Virus record (IMG/VR): IMGVR_UViG_3300017971_000113
Location: 1 to 43,645 of that record
Reading direction: 5' to 3' (one strand)
Length of the DNA: 43,645 nucleotides
DNA from: a virus
Part shown: positions 33,489 to 41,777 of the stretch, one piece after another
Layout of the letters: each line of letters opens with the position of its first letter
Numbering within the stretch: position 1 is the first letter of the stretch
Position numbers and translations under genes: made by a program
Notes under the pieces: model-generated
Seen by the model: only the letters and a program-made list of their open reading frames with translations
Database searches by the model: none
What the model was told of the DNA's origin: nothing

Positions 33489-33686
33489 TTATTCCTCCCT
33501 AAGATATTCGTAAAAATCTGATTCAATTCTTGAATCAGATTCCATCCATTTGATTAATATTTTATCCTCATCGCTCCCAGATGCCGACAATATCAAAATC
33601 ATATCGCCGTTGTCGTTTTCGATATAATAGTCGCCCCCGATAGAGCGACAAACCGAAAGATTTTTGAATTCGTGAATTAATTTCAT
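33489..33686 (-). CDS. Hypothetical protein (65 aa), first gene of the inverted island
   Basis: Track ORF with an RBS AGGGAGGAAGCC-like sequence upstream. Carries an 11-bp-stem hairpin near its 3' end. Confidence 0.5.
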   Translation of the reverse strand: MKLIHEFKNLSVCRSIGGDYYIENDNGDMILILSASGSDEDKILIKWMESDSRIESDFYEYLREE

Positions 33687-34058
33687 GGCTTCCTCCCTTT
33701 TTTTTAAAGTTGCAATTTCCTTTTGATAATTAAAATATAATGCGTCATATTATAAATGTCAAGAAAAAAGATTTATAATAAAAACATATATTTATGTCAA
33801 CCGCGCGCCTGATATATCTCGTTATAAAATATTATATAATGATTTTAGATAGTTATAAAGATAATTATTTTTAATTTTTTTTTGATTTTTTTTTATTTTA
33901 ATGATTTCAGTTAGTTATATCTATAAAATTCCGCTTCTATTATATAAGAAAAAACAGATATGTTTTATATTACAAAAACACGCATAAATATAAAAAGTAA
34001 TATATTTAAAAAGTAATGTATTAATTGTTCCACTGAAACAATTTACAAAAAACAAAAA

Positions 34059-35459
34059 ATGGTTTATATATTAAATATGATTAATAAAATAATCAGATAT
34101 AGGCCGTCAAAAACTATGAGCGAATTTCATAAATGCCGATCACTCGCTAAAGGATTGCGCGGCCCAATAGGATCTGGAAAATCATCCGCTTGTTGCATAG
34201 AATTGTTTTCAAATGCTGTCGAGCAAGAGCCGTTCAACGGAATCCGTAAAACAAAAATGGGAATAATCAGAAATACATACGGGGAACTAAAAACAACTAC
34301 GATCAAAACATGGCTGAATTGGTTTGGTGATTTGACAAGAATTGTTTATTCCTCTCCAATTATAGGCATTATGAATTTTGATTTACCTGACGGAACAAAA
34401 GTTGAATGCGAGCTGGTATTCGTATCGCAAGATCGACCAAAAGATATCGCCCGCCTGTTATCGCTGGAATTGACGGCCGCCTGGATAAATGAAGCGAGAG
34501 AAGTTCCGGAAACGGCGCTTGATGTTACTGGAAGAATAGACAGATATCCGGATTTCAAAAAAGAAGTTGGAGCAACTTATCCTGTTTTGTTGATGGACAC
34601 TAATTCATGCGATGTTTCGTGTTGGTATCACACATATTCTGAAAAATTAAAGCCCGAAGGATATACATTTTTTGATCAACCGGGCGCTTTAATTCGAACA
34701 ACCTACGATAAAGAAATATCTTATGCGCCAAATCCTGAAGCAGAGAACATAGAAAATTTAAAATCAGGATATGATTATTATTTACGTCAAATTCCAGGGA
34801 AATACATGGAATGGGTGGAAGTTTACGTCCTAAATATGTATGGATCAGGATCACCGGGGAACAGAATTTATCATAATTATTCGCCATTAAATCATACCGA
34901 AAAAGAATTTGATCCTGGATTGCCGATTCATTGGACGAATGATTTCAATTTTGCCCCATTATCATCTGCGATAATACAGATTGATAAAGATGAAAATATA
35001 TATTGTGTTGACGAGATTATAATATATCATGCAGATCCGTTGCAATCTGCTATTGAATTTGCGGATAGATATAAAGACAATAAAAATCTATCGATACATA
35101 TTTACGGCGATGCATCAGGCCATGTCGGACAAAAGCACGGCCAAATATCAAATTACATAAAAATAAGAAAATATCTTGAAGAGCAAGGATTTATAATTAA
35201 GATGCATGTTCCGCGTTCTAATCCCGGGATTAGGGACGGCCAGAATGCGGTACGAGCTAAAATATCTGATGCTGCGGGGCGTCGTTCTTTTTTTGTAAAT
35301 CAAAAAAAATGCCCGACTATCGATGAAGGGCTTATGACGTTGCAAACAAAAAAAGGATCGACGTTTTTGGAAGATGAACGGCTTGATAGTCAGCATGTTT
35401 TATCTGCCGTGAGATATTTTGTTTATCAGAAATTTCCGTTAAAATTTAAATTAAAATAA
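34059..35459 (+). CDS. terL: Terminase large subunit
   Basis: Walker A LRGPIGSGKS, Walker B-like LTAAWINEARE, and C-terminal nuclease-type acidic motifs (WTNDFNF, IHIYGDASG). Followed by the portal gene. Confidence 0.85.
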   Translation: MVYILNMINKIIRYRPSKTMSEFHKCRSLAKGLRGPIGSGKSSACCIELFSNAVEQEPFNGIRKTKMGIIRNTYGELKTTTIKTWLNWFGDLTRIVYSSPIIGIMNFDLPDGTKVECELVFVSQDRPKDIARLLSLELTAAWINEAREVPETALDVTGRIDRYPDFKKEVGATYPVLLMDTNSCDVSCWYHTYSEKLKPEGYTFFDQPGALIRTTYDKEISYAPNPEAENIENLKSGYDYYLRQIPGKYMEWVEVYVLNMYGSGSPGNRIYHNYSPLNHTEKEFDPGLPIHWTNDFNFAPLSSAIIQIDKDENIYCVDEIIIYHADPLQSAIEFADRYKDNKNLSIHIYGDASGHVGQKHGQISNYIKIRKYLEEQGFIIKMHVPRSNPGIRDGQNAVRAKISDAAGRRSFFVNQKKCPTIDEGLMTLQTKKGSTFLEDERLDSQHVLSAVRYFVYQKFPLKFKLK

Positions 35460-35473
35460 AAAGGTAAGGAAAA

Positions 35474-36880
35474 ATGACTGAAATGACAATTGAGGAATTA
35501 AAATCAACAGACGATAGATATAAGGCGAATGCGGCAAATTGGAGATTCAATCAAAGCGCGTATAAAGGCTACGAATCTCTTATTAAGGATGAGGGAATAT
35601 TAAGATATGACGCCGATAAAAGAGATAGCGAGGATATAGAATATAGGGAAATGGCGGCATGGGGGGATGATCTTTCAGCGTGGACAGTTGAGCTATTTGC
35701 TGATTTTGTCGGTTCAGTTCCATTTATGGAAGATTTTTCGCCGTTAGTTGATGATTGGGCGTTTGAGCGTTTTATGCGAGATTGTGACATGGATGAAACT
35801 GATTGGGGAGTATTTTGGGATAATGCGAGACGAGCGGCATATACGACCGGCATGCAAGGCATTCTTGTTGATAAAGGAAAATCAACTGGAAATGTAGCAA
35901 TGGATAAGGAAAGAGGCGTTTATCCGTATCTCGTTTCATTTAGTCCTTTGGCGATATTGAAAACAGAGCGCAAAAGAGATGAATACTCTAATAGACCATA
36001 TCTATCATATCTTAAATATGTTGAATCTGACGGAACATATAAGATATGGACTACGGAAGAATGGAAAGCGTATAAAATAATAGATGAGGAAGTCGTTTTA
36101 ATTGATGCTGGAGAAAATCAAATTGGAGAAATTCCGTTTTTTTGGTTTTATAATCTGAAATCATTGGAAGACAAATATTTAGGAAAATCAGAGATTCAGG
36201 GTATATCTGGTATTGATGCATCAATTATTAGTGAAACCGCCGATGTGGCCCAAGTTTTCCGAGCTGCCGGATTTCTTATGCTTGCCAGGCCTTCATCCGC
36301 TATTCGGGAAGATCAGGATTTAGAAGTCGGCCCAAATGTTCAAATCGCTTTTGACGCCGATAATCCCGGCGGAACAAGGCCGTTTTGGTTAACTCCTGAT
36401 GTTCAAGGGCCGGTTAATGCGGCCATGACTATAATAGAAAAGCAGGAAATGGCGGCAATGCGAAAAAAGAATTTATCTTCTGTATTCGCAACAATGGCGA
36501 AAGATGCTCGTTCAGCCGAATCGATATCCCAGGCTTTTAGATTTCTTGAAAGTTCATTGAATAGAAAAGTAAATAACGAGCTTGAAGCGAGGAATAAAGC
36601 GATTTTATACTGGCTAAAATGGCAAAATCAGTCAGATTTATATAACGGTATATCCATAACTCATCCGAGATCATATAATATTCAAAGTCTTATTTTAACT
36701 ATACAAGATGCCATGACTGCAAAAACAGTTGTAAAATCATCGGATCGTTTTCAAAAATATATAGATAAAATGATTGTAAAAAAAGTATCACCAGACATTT
36801 CACAATTGGAGTATAAAGAAATTGCGGATGAAATAGATTCGGCCGAAATAATAAAACCTGATGCCCAAATAGAAACATAG
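35474..36880 (+). CDS. Portal protein
   Basis: 468 aa, immediately downstream of TerL. Call is by size and position. Confidence 0.7.
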   Translation: MTEMTIEELKSTDDRYKANAANWRFNQSAYKGYESLIKDEGILRYDADKRDSEDIEYREMAAWGDDLSAWTVELFADFVGSVPFMEDFSPLVDDWAFERFMRDCDMDETDWGVFWDNARRAAYTTGMQGILVDKGKSTGNVAMDKERGVYPYLVSFSPLAILKTERKRDEYSNRPYLSYLKYVESDGTYKIWTTEEWKAYKIIDEEVVLIDAGENQIGEIPFFWFYNLKSLEDKYLGKSEIQGISGIDASIISETADVAQVFRAAGFLMLARPSSAIREDQDLEVGPNVQIAFDADNPGGTRPFWLTPDVQGPVNAAMTIIEKQEMAAMRKKNLSSVFATMAKDARSAESISQAFRFLESSLNRKVNNELEARNKAILYWLKWQNQSDLYNGISITHPRSYNIQSLILTIQDAMTAKTVVKSSDRFQKYIDKMIVKKVSPDISQLEYKEIADEIDSAEIIKPDAQIET

Positions 36881-36887
36881 AAACATC

Positions 36888-36916
36888 TTGACATTATAAG
36901 TATGGCAAATTATATT
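36888..36916 (+). promoter_or_regulatory. Sigma70-type promoter TTGACA-N17-TATATT driving the moron genes
   Basis: Exact -35 at 36888-36893, a 17-nt spacer, and -10 at 36911-36916. The sequence after the -10 (TATATTATTATTATCA) resembles that of the 19751 promoter (TATATTTTAATTATCA). Confidence 0.6.
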
Positions 36917-36953
36917 ATTATTATCAATAATAATTAGAAACGGGGTATAATTT

Positions 36954-37364
36954 ATGGAATTAGATAAATATCTGACGCCGATAGAAGCTGCGAAAATACT
37001 TGGAGTATCAAGATCCGCCATTTATCGTAGAATTAAAAATACGGATTTGGAGTACATCAAGGTAAGCTGTCGATATTTAATACATGAAGATGAAGTAAAA
37101 AAAGGTTCTCTTTCGAACATTAAGCCGGGCGCGGGTAATTTTGAACGAAAAAAGAAAGAACCGCCTTCATTTCCGCCTGTAACATATAAGGCCGGAAAGA
37201 ATGATGGCATTATAAAGAATGAAGTGTTGGATATGCGTTCAAAAGGACTATCTTATAGAAAAATTGCCGAGAAATTAAATATCATGGGAATCGGCAATAC
37301 TAAAGGCGGCTATTGGTCAGTGTGCTCTTTACATGCGTATTTAAAAAGATATGAGGCGATATAA
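36954..37364 (+). CDS. DNA-binding protein: excisionase/MerR-type HTH plus a recombinase-accessory-like HTH, no catalytic domain
   Basis: LTPIEAAKILGVSRSAIYRRIKN at the N-terminus. C-terminal GLSYRKIAEKLNIMGIGNTKGGYWSVCSLHAYLKR. Confidence 0.55.
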   Translation: MELDKYLTPIEAAKILGVSRSAIYRRIKNTDLEYIKVSCRYLIHEDEVKKGSLSNIKPGAGNFERKKKEPPSFPPVTYKAGKNDGIIKNEVLDMRSKGLSYRKIAEKLNIMGIGNTKGGYWSVCSLHAYLKRYEAI

Positions 37365-37735
37365 TGAAAAAAATAATTGTGTTTTTTGTTTCTATTTGTT
37401 TTTCTGTTAATTGTTATGGGATAGATCTTAACTCAAAAACTGAATCTCAGATCAGAGACGATATAAGGATTGAAATATTTAAGAGATATAAGGATTCATC
37501 GTCAAGCGTGCATGTATATTTAATTGACGGGAACATTAAAAGCTATAAAGAAATATTGAATTATTTAAATAATGGCCCAGTCGGATTAATAGATAATATA
37601 GATGAAAATACGGTCAAACATTCAAAAAAAGAATTGATAAAAATAATTGATCTGCACTATCCTATTTTCAATGTCATGCTATATATGTATAAATCTGAAA
37701 TGAAATCTTTTAAAAAACTACATGAGGATAAATAA
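37364..37735 (+). CDS. Secreted or exported small protein (signal peptide)
   Basis: MKKIIVFFVSICFSVNCYG, then a hydrophilic domain. ATGA-type overlap with the upstream gene. Confidence 0.55.
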   Translation: MKKIIVFFVSICFSVNCYGIDLNSKTESQIRDDIRIEIFKRYKDSSSSVHVYLIDGNIKSYKEILNYLNNGPVGLIDNIDENTVKHSKKELIKIIDLHYPIFNVMLYMYKSEMKSFKKLHEDK

Positions 37736-38024
37736 TGCCAAAGAAACTTGATAGATGAGTACAGAATTTAATCCGCCAAGGGCGGCGGAAAAATAGCGCA
37801 TGGGCTATATGTGTGTCTTCTATAAAAAAATCTAAAAATAAAAAACGCAAAAAAAATTGAAACAGAAAACAATTGAATTGGAACGAATAAAGCTTGCATA
37901 TGAAATAGCGCTTTATGATATTTTTATTTTTGGAGATAAGCTATCATCTGAAAAAGCTTACAACGTGCTTTTAAAAATCGGCGGTGAATCTACATTTGAT
38001 TACCTGGAAAAATTTTTAAAATGA
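37735..38024 (+). other. Interrupted coding-like stretch: ATG-7 codons-TGA-33 codons-TGA, then a -1-frame ORF without an ATG that ends at ATGA overlapping the next gene
   Basis: Read codon by codon. In-frame TGA at 37756-37758, hairpin CCGCC-AAG-GGCGG at 37773-37785, A8 run at 37849-37856, and the -1 frame open from 37842 to 38024. Confidence 0.5.
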
Positions 38025-38956
38025 ATCCAATAGATATATATAACGCATCGGACGATGTGATTGAAAAGATAATCCGAGATGTGGAGAAACAGCTCCATTT
38101 TGGCGTAAAACAAATCGGAAAAGATATTATTAACGCAAGCGCCGAAATTCTAATAATAAAAAAAGGCGTTATCGATTCTGATTTATCTGATGCTCAAAAG
38201 TTGCATGAAACGGCGCTTTTATCGGTTGATAAAAACCTTTCCCCAGTGTCCAAAGCAATTAATAATGGGATGAAAAACGTTGATGCCGAGGCAAAAAAAC
38301 AATTCTCCAAACTTGAAATATTTCAAGACGTTGATGCTGAAAGATCCGATTTGGAATTATTAAAAAATCAGGCGACAGATACATTTTCATTTATAGGCGA
38401 TGAATTCGCGGATAACGCAGGCCGTTTATTTTATGACGCTGTTTTAACAAATATGACTTACGATCAGTTTCTTGAAAAATTTGATCAACTTTTGATCGAA
38501 GGATCAAGCGAATATGGAAAAGCTCTTGATGGTTATGCCGAAACTTATATCCGTGATTCATATATGAAATATTATCAGGATGTTCATAATCTTAAAGCCG
38601 ATATCGCCGGATTAGATGATTTTCTTTATTATGGTAATATTATGGCATCATCCCGCGCATGGTGTATTGTTCGAGTAGGCCAGACTTTCACAAAAAAACA
38701 GATAGACTCATGGGATGGCGATAGTTGGAAAGGTAAAAGTTGCCATCCGATGATTTGTAGGGGCGGTTATAATTGTCGCCATCATTGGCGGCCTGTTCGA
38801 AAGGAATGGATTGAAGGCGGCGTTATTAATGTCAATTCAATATTTGAAGAGAAGCCCGAACAAATGACAGATTCATTGCGGGCTGATATCATTAAAGAAT
38901 CAAAAGTTATTTCTACGTCTATGTATGATAAACTTTTGGATAGAGAGATTATTTGA
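38021..38956 (+). CDS. Head morphogenesis / minor capsid protein (Mu F / SPP1 gp7-like)
   Basis: C-terminal WCIVRVGQ...CHPMICRGGYNCRHHW resembles the Phage_Mu_F signature. Positioned after the portal. Confidence 0.65.
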   Translation: MNPIDIYNASDDVIEKIIRDVEKQLHFGVKQIGKDIINASAEILIIKKGVIDSDLSDAQKLHETALLSVDKNLSPVSKAINNGMKNVDAEAKKQFSKLEIFQDVDAERSDLELLKNQATDTFSFIGDEFADNAGRLFYDAVLTNMTYDQFLEKFDQLLIEGSSEYGKALDGYAETYIRDSYMKYYQDVHNLKADIAGLDDFLYYGNIMASSRAWCIVRVGQTFTKKQIDSWDGDSWKGKSCHPMICRGGYNCRHHWRPVRKEWIEGGVINVNSIFEEKPEQMTDSLRADIIKESKVISTSMYDKLLDREII

Positions 38957-39241
38957 TGCGGAATTTATAGCCTTCCTATCATTCTTGCCTCCAATTTATT
39001 GCACAATATAATTGTATTTGTGCAATTATATGAAAATTGACAAAAAACGACCAAAAATGATCATTGCCAATATCATTTATGGATGAATCGCATTAAAAAT
39101 TCTTATCGTCTTTTATCACCATCGAATATTTTTTTTCAAAAATTGAGATAAAAGTAAACATATGACGGATTATGTTGACATATTACTTTTTTTGTTGTAG
39201 TTATATAATAATATGATAATTTTAATAAATAGGTTGCAAAA

Positions 39242-39505
39242 ATGATATTAAGCTCAGGTAATCTTTTGGTTTCGGCTAAAATCCAGGCAAGTTTAAAAAA
39301 TCTCATCATGAGGTATGAAACTGACGCCGATGGAAATGTTATTTATATTGGTTACGCCGCCCGTGGATCAGAAACGTCATGGCCGGTATGGTCAATTGAA
39401 AAACATGTGAACGGTCATGTTCCGTCAGTCGGCGGTGAATCATACATGCTTCTATCTAAAGAAAATCAGATATGGGATAATAGGGCTACTGTTGAATTCA
39501 AATGA
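39242..39505 (+). CDS. Hypothetical protein (87 aa)
   Basis: Track ORF; an internal Met (MRYETDADGNVIYIGYA) is also possible. Confidence 0.45.
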   Translation: MILSSGNLLVSAKIQASLKNLIMRYETDADGNVIYIGYAARGSETSWPVWSIEKHVNGHVPSVGGESYMLLSKENQIWDNRATVEFK

Positions 39506-39563
39506 TTAATAATAAACATTTTAACAGATTTTATCGGGGATAGCCGATAGGAAAGGGGCGGGA

Positions 39564-40379
39564 ATGCCTTACAAAACTGATGAAAACGGGGTAATCGTTT
39601 CTAAAGATGGATTGCCGGTATTTGTAAATGAAGACGGATCAGAAACGGCGATTAATTTTGAATCGCTCAGATCAGAATTAATGTCAACTCGATCTGAAGC
39701 TAAAAGCAAAAAAGAAAAAATAAGAGAATATGCCGAAAAGCTGAAAACATATGAAGGCCTTGATCCAGAAAAGGCAAAAAAGGCGATTGAGTTAATGTCG
39801 AACATGGATCAAAAAAAACTTATCGAGGCTGGAGATATGGATGCCGCCATAAGGCAGGCGCTTGAAAATGCTGAATCAAAGCACAAAGGTGTTATTGAAG
39901 GTTATGAGAAAAAAACCGCAGAATTAAGCGCAGGATTAACAGAACGTGATCAAGCGATTAATTCACTAATGATTACCAATCAGCTTTCGAATTCTCAATA
40001 TCTAAATCATAATACAAATACTACGCCGGATGTAAGACAGGCTATTCTTGGTAAAAATTTCAAAGTCGAAAGACTCGAAAACGGAACATTTCGCGCTGTC
40101 GCCTATGACGATAATGGCGAGCCGATATATTCACCGAATGAGCCCGGAAGGCTTGCGAATCCGGAAGAAGCAATTCAATTACTTTGGAATCGCTATCCCA
40201 ACAAGGATGTTTACGCAAAAAGTGCGTCGAGCGGATCAGGATCTGTTGGGAATATGGGAGGAAATGGAAAAACAACGTATTCAAAAGCAGAATGGACACA
40301 AATGCTGCAAAACGCAAATCAGGCTCAACGCGCTGAAATGGCGAAAAAAATTATTGATAAATCAGTCACTATAAAATAA
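39564..40379 (+). CDS. Scaffolding protein
   Basis: 271 aa, charged and helical (coiled-coil-like) centre, immediately upstream of the major capsid gene. Confidence 0.6.
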   Translation: MPYKTDENGVIVSKDGLPVFVNEDGSETAINFESLRSELMSTRSEAKSKKEKIREYAEKLKTYEGLDPEKAKKAIELMSNMDQKKLIEAGDMDAAIRQALENAESKHKGVIEGYEKKTAELSAGLTERDQAINSLMITNQLSNSQYLNHNTNTTPDVRQAILGKNFKVERLENGTFRAVAYDDNGEPIYSPNEPGRLANPEEAIQLLWNRYPNKDVYAKSASSGSGSVGNMGGNGKTTYSKAEWTQMLQNANQAQRAEMAKKIIDKSVTIK

Positions 40380-40386
40380 AGCGTAA

Positions 40387-40428
40387 ACATCCTTTTAAAA
40401 AACAAAAAATATTTTTTTGAAAGGATGT
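40387..40428 (+). promoter_or_regulatory. Hairpin whose 3' arm contains the capsid-gene RBS
   Basis: ACATCCTTT (40387-40395) pairs with AAAGGATGT (40420-40428). The A-run and T-run inside can extend the stem. The ATG is at 40434. Confidence 0.4.
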
Positions 40429-40433
40429 AAAAA

Positions 40434-41588
40434 ATGGCAAATGTACTAACCGATCTCTCACAGACTTATATCATGCCCCAAGCGCTTCAAGTTCTGCGTG
40501 AAAATTGCGTAATGCCCGCGCTAATCAATCAAGATTACAAAAACGAAGCGAAGATGAGAAATCAAACAATTCGTGTGCAACTACCACAAGATATGTCCAC
40601 CGCGAATGATTTTAATCCTGCTGCGGGATCAAGTTCAACTGATCTCGATGACCCGTATGTAGATATCACTCTTTCAAATTGGAAATACAAACAATTTGAA
40701 ATGTCGGACAAGGAAATGTTCGATTCCGTTTCCAACGGGGTTCTTCCGTCAGCAATGGATGCCGCGATTAAATCAATTGCAAATGCGATTGATTTGAGCA
40801 TTTTGAATTTATATAAAGAATTTAAATATTGGTATGGGGTTCCAGGAACAACGCCGGATGAATCGGCGGATATTATTGGCGTAAGACAAAAGCTACAAGA
40901 AAATCTTGCTCCACAAGGAGATAGAAGGCTCGTGATGGATACAAACGCCGAAGCAAAGTTTCTTGATCTTTATGAAAAAGCAAATGAGACGGGCACGACG
41001 GAAGCGCTAAGAAATGCTTCACTCGGCCGATTGTTCGGCCTCGACACGTACATCGATCAATTGATCCCTAAACATACGTCAGGCACGCTTACAGCAGCGA
41101 ATGATATTGCAGCTAAAGCTATTTATGCTATCGGAACGACCGCAATTACTCTTGATGATTCAGGAGGAGGGGCTTTAACGGAAACACTTGTTCAAGGTGA
41201 TAAGATTACATTCGCTGGTGATTCCACAATTTATACTGTGACTGCTGACGCTACCGCCGCCGCAAACGAAATTGCGATCACAATTTTTCCGGGACTTGCT
41301 GTCGCAACTGCGGATGGTACAGTTGCCACTGTTTCAGATTCTGGATGGGTGCCGAATCTTTGTTTCCATAGGGATGCCATGTGTCTTGCCATGCGGCCTT
41401 TGCAGGATGCCGATGAAATGACATCTGAAAGCTCAACTATTGTTGTCCAAACTGATCCCGTTTCCGGAATCCCGTTAAGAATGGAAACTTGGAGAAGTCC
41501 GTCTTATTCAACAAGATATTGGAAATTTGATGTGTTGTATGGCGTAAAGTTGCTAAGACCGGAACTTTGCGCGATTCTTTTCGGATAA
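40434..41588 (+). CDS. Major capsid protein
   Basis: 384 aa, after the scaffold gene. The N-terminal region (TYIMPQALQVLRENCVMPALINQDY...IRVQLP) recalls P22-coat-like/HK97-fold capsid proteins. Confidence 0.75.
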   Translation: MANVLTDLSQTYIMPQALQVLRENCVMPALINQDYKNEAKMRNQTIRVQLPQDMSTANDFNPAAGSSSTDLDDPYVDITLSNWKYKQFEMSDKEMFDSVSNGVLPSAMDAAIKSIANAIDLSILNLYKEFKYWYGVPGTTPDESADIIGVRQKLQENLAPQGDRRLVMDTNAEAKFLDLYEKANETGTTEALRNASLGRLFGLDTYIDQLIPKHTSGTLTAANDIAAKAIYAIGTTAITLDDSGGGALTETLVQGDKITFAGDSTIYTVTADATAAANEIAITIFPGLAVATADGTVATVSDSGWVPNLCFHRDAMCLAMRPLQDADEMTSESSTIVVQTDPVSGIPLRMETWRSPSYSTRYWKFDVLYGVKLLRPELCAILFG

Positions 41589-41600
41589 TAGGGGGTATTC

Positions 41601-41777
41601 ATGGAGCTTGAAACCGTAAAACTATACGGAAAAAGCGAAAATGGGGAATTTGTTGTTGTTGTTAATCTTTCGGATAAAAAATCATATATCGAAAAAGGAT
41701 ATTATGAAAAAAATAAAAAGAAAGAAGACGATGACAAAACAAAACGAGGTAGGCCAAGAAAAACAGAGGATGAATAA
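41601..41777 (+). CDS. Small basic protein (58 aa) with a C-terminal AT-hook-like KRGRPRK
   Basis: GGGGG RBS. Its stop overlaps the next ATG (TAATG). Hand translated. Confidence 0.5.
   Translation: MELETVKLYGKSENGEFVVVVNLSDKKSYIEKGYYEKNKKKEDDDKTKRGRPRKTEDE

Noticed and set aside
36954-37364. An integrase or recombinase, and hence a lysogeny module
   Set aside because: Only HTH segments are present (excisionase-like and recombinase-accessory-like). There is no serine- or tyrosine-recombinase catalytic domain, and no attP-like site or repressor pair was seen anywhere in the window.
37756-37758. A genome-wide TGA reassignment (code 4 or 25) to explain the in-frame TGA
   Set aside because: Many well-supported genes end at TGA with an immediately coupled start, for example 1454, 7861, 9612, 22202, 24795, 25305, 28182, 29639 and 30862, and the gene models are compact under code 11. 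Any recoding would therefore be local.
40048-40374. A 108-aa plus-strand ORF in an alternative frame of the scaffold gene, and the minus-strand ORF 40060..40317
   Set aside because: They are embedded in the 271-aa scaffold ORF, have no independent start signals, and encode Arg/Lys-rich frame-shadow sequence.
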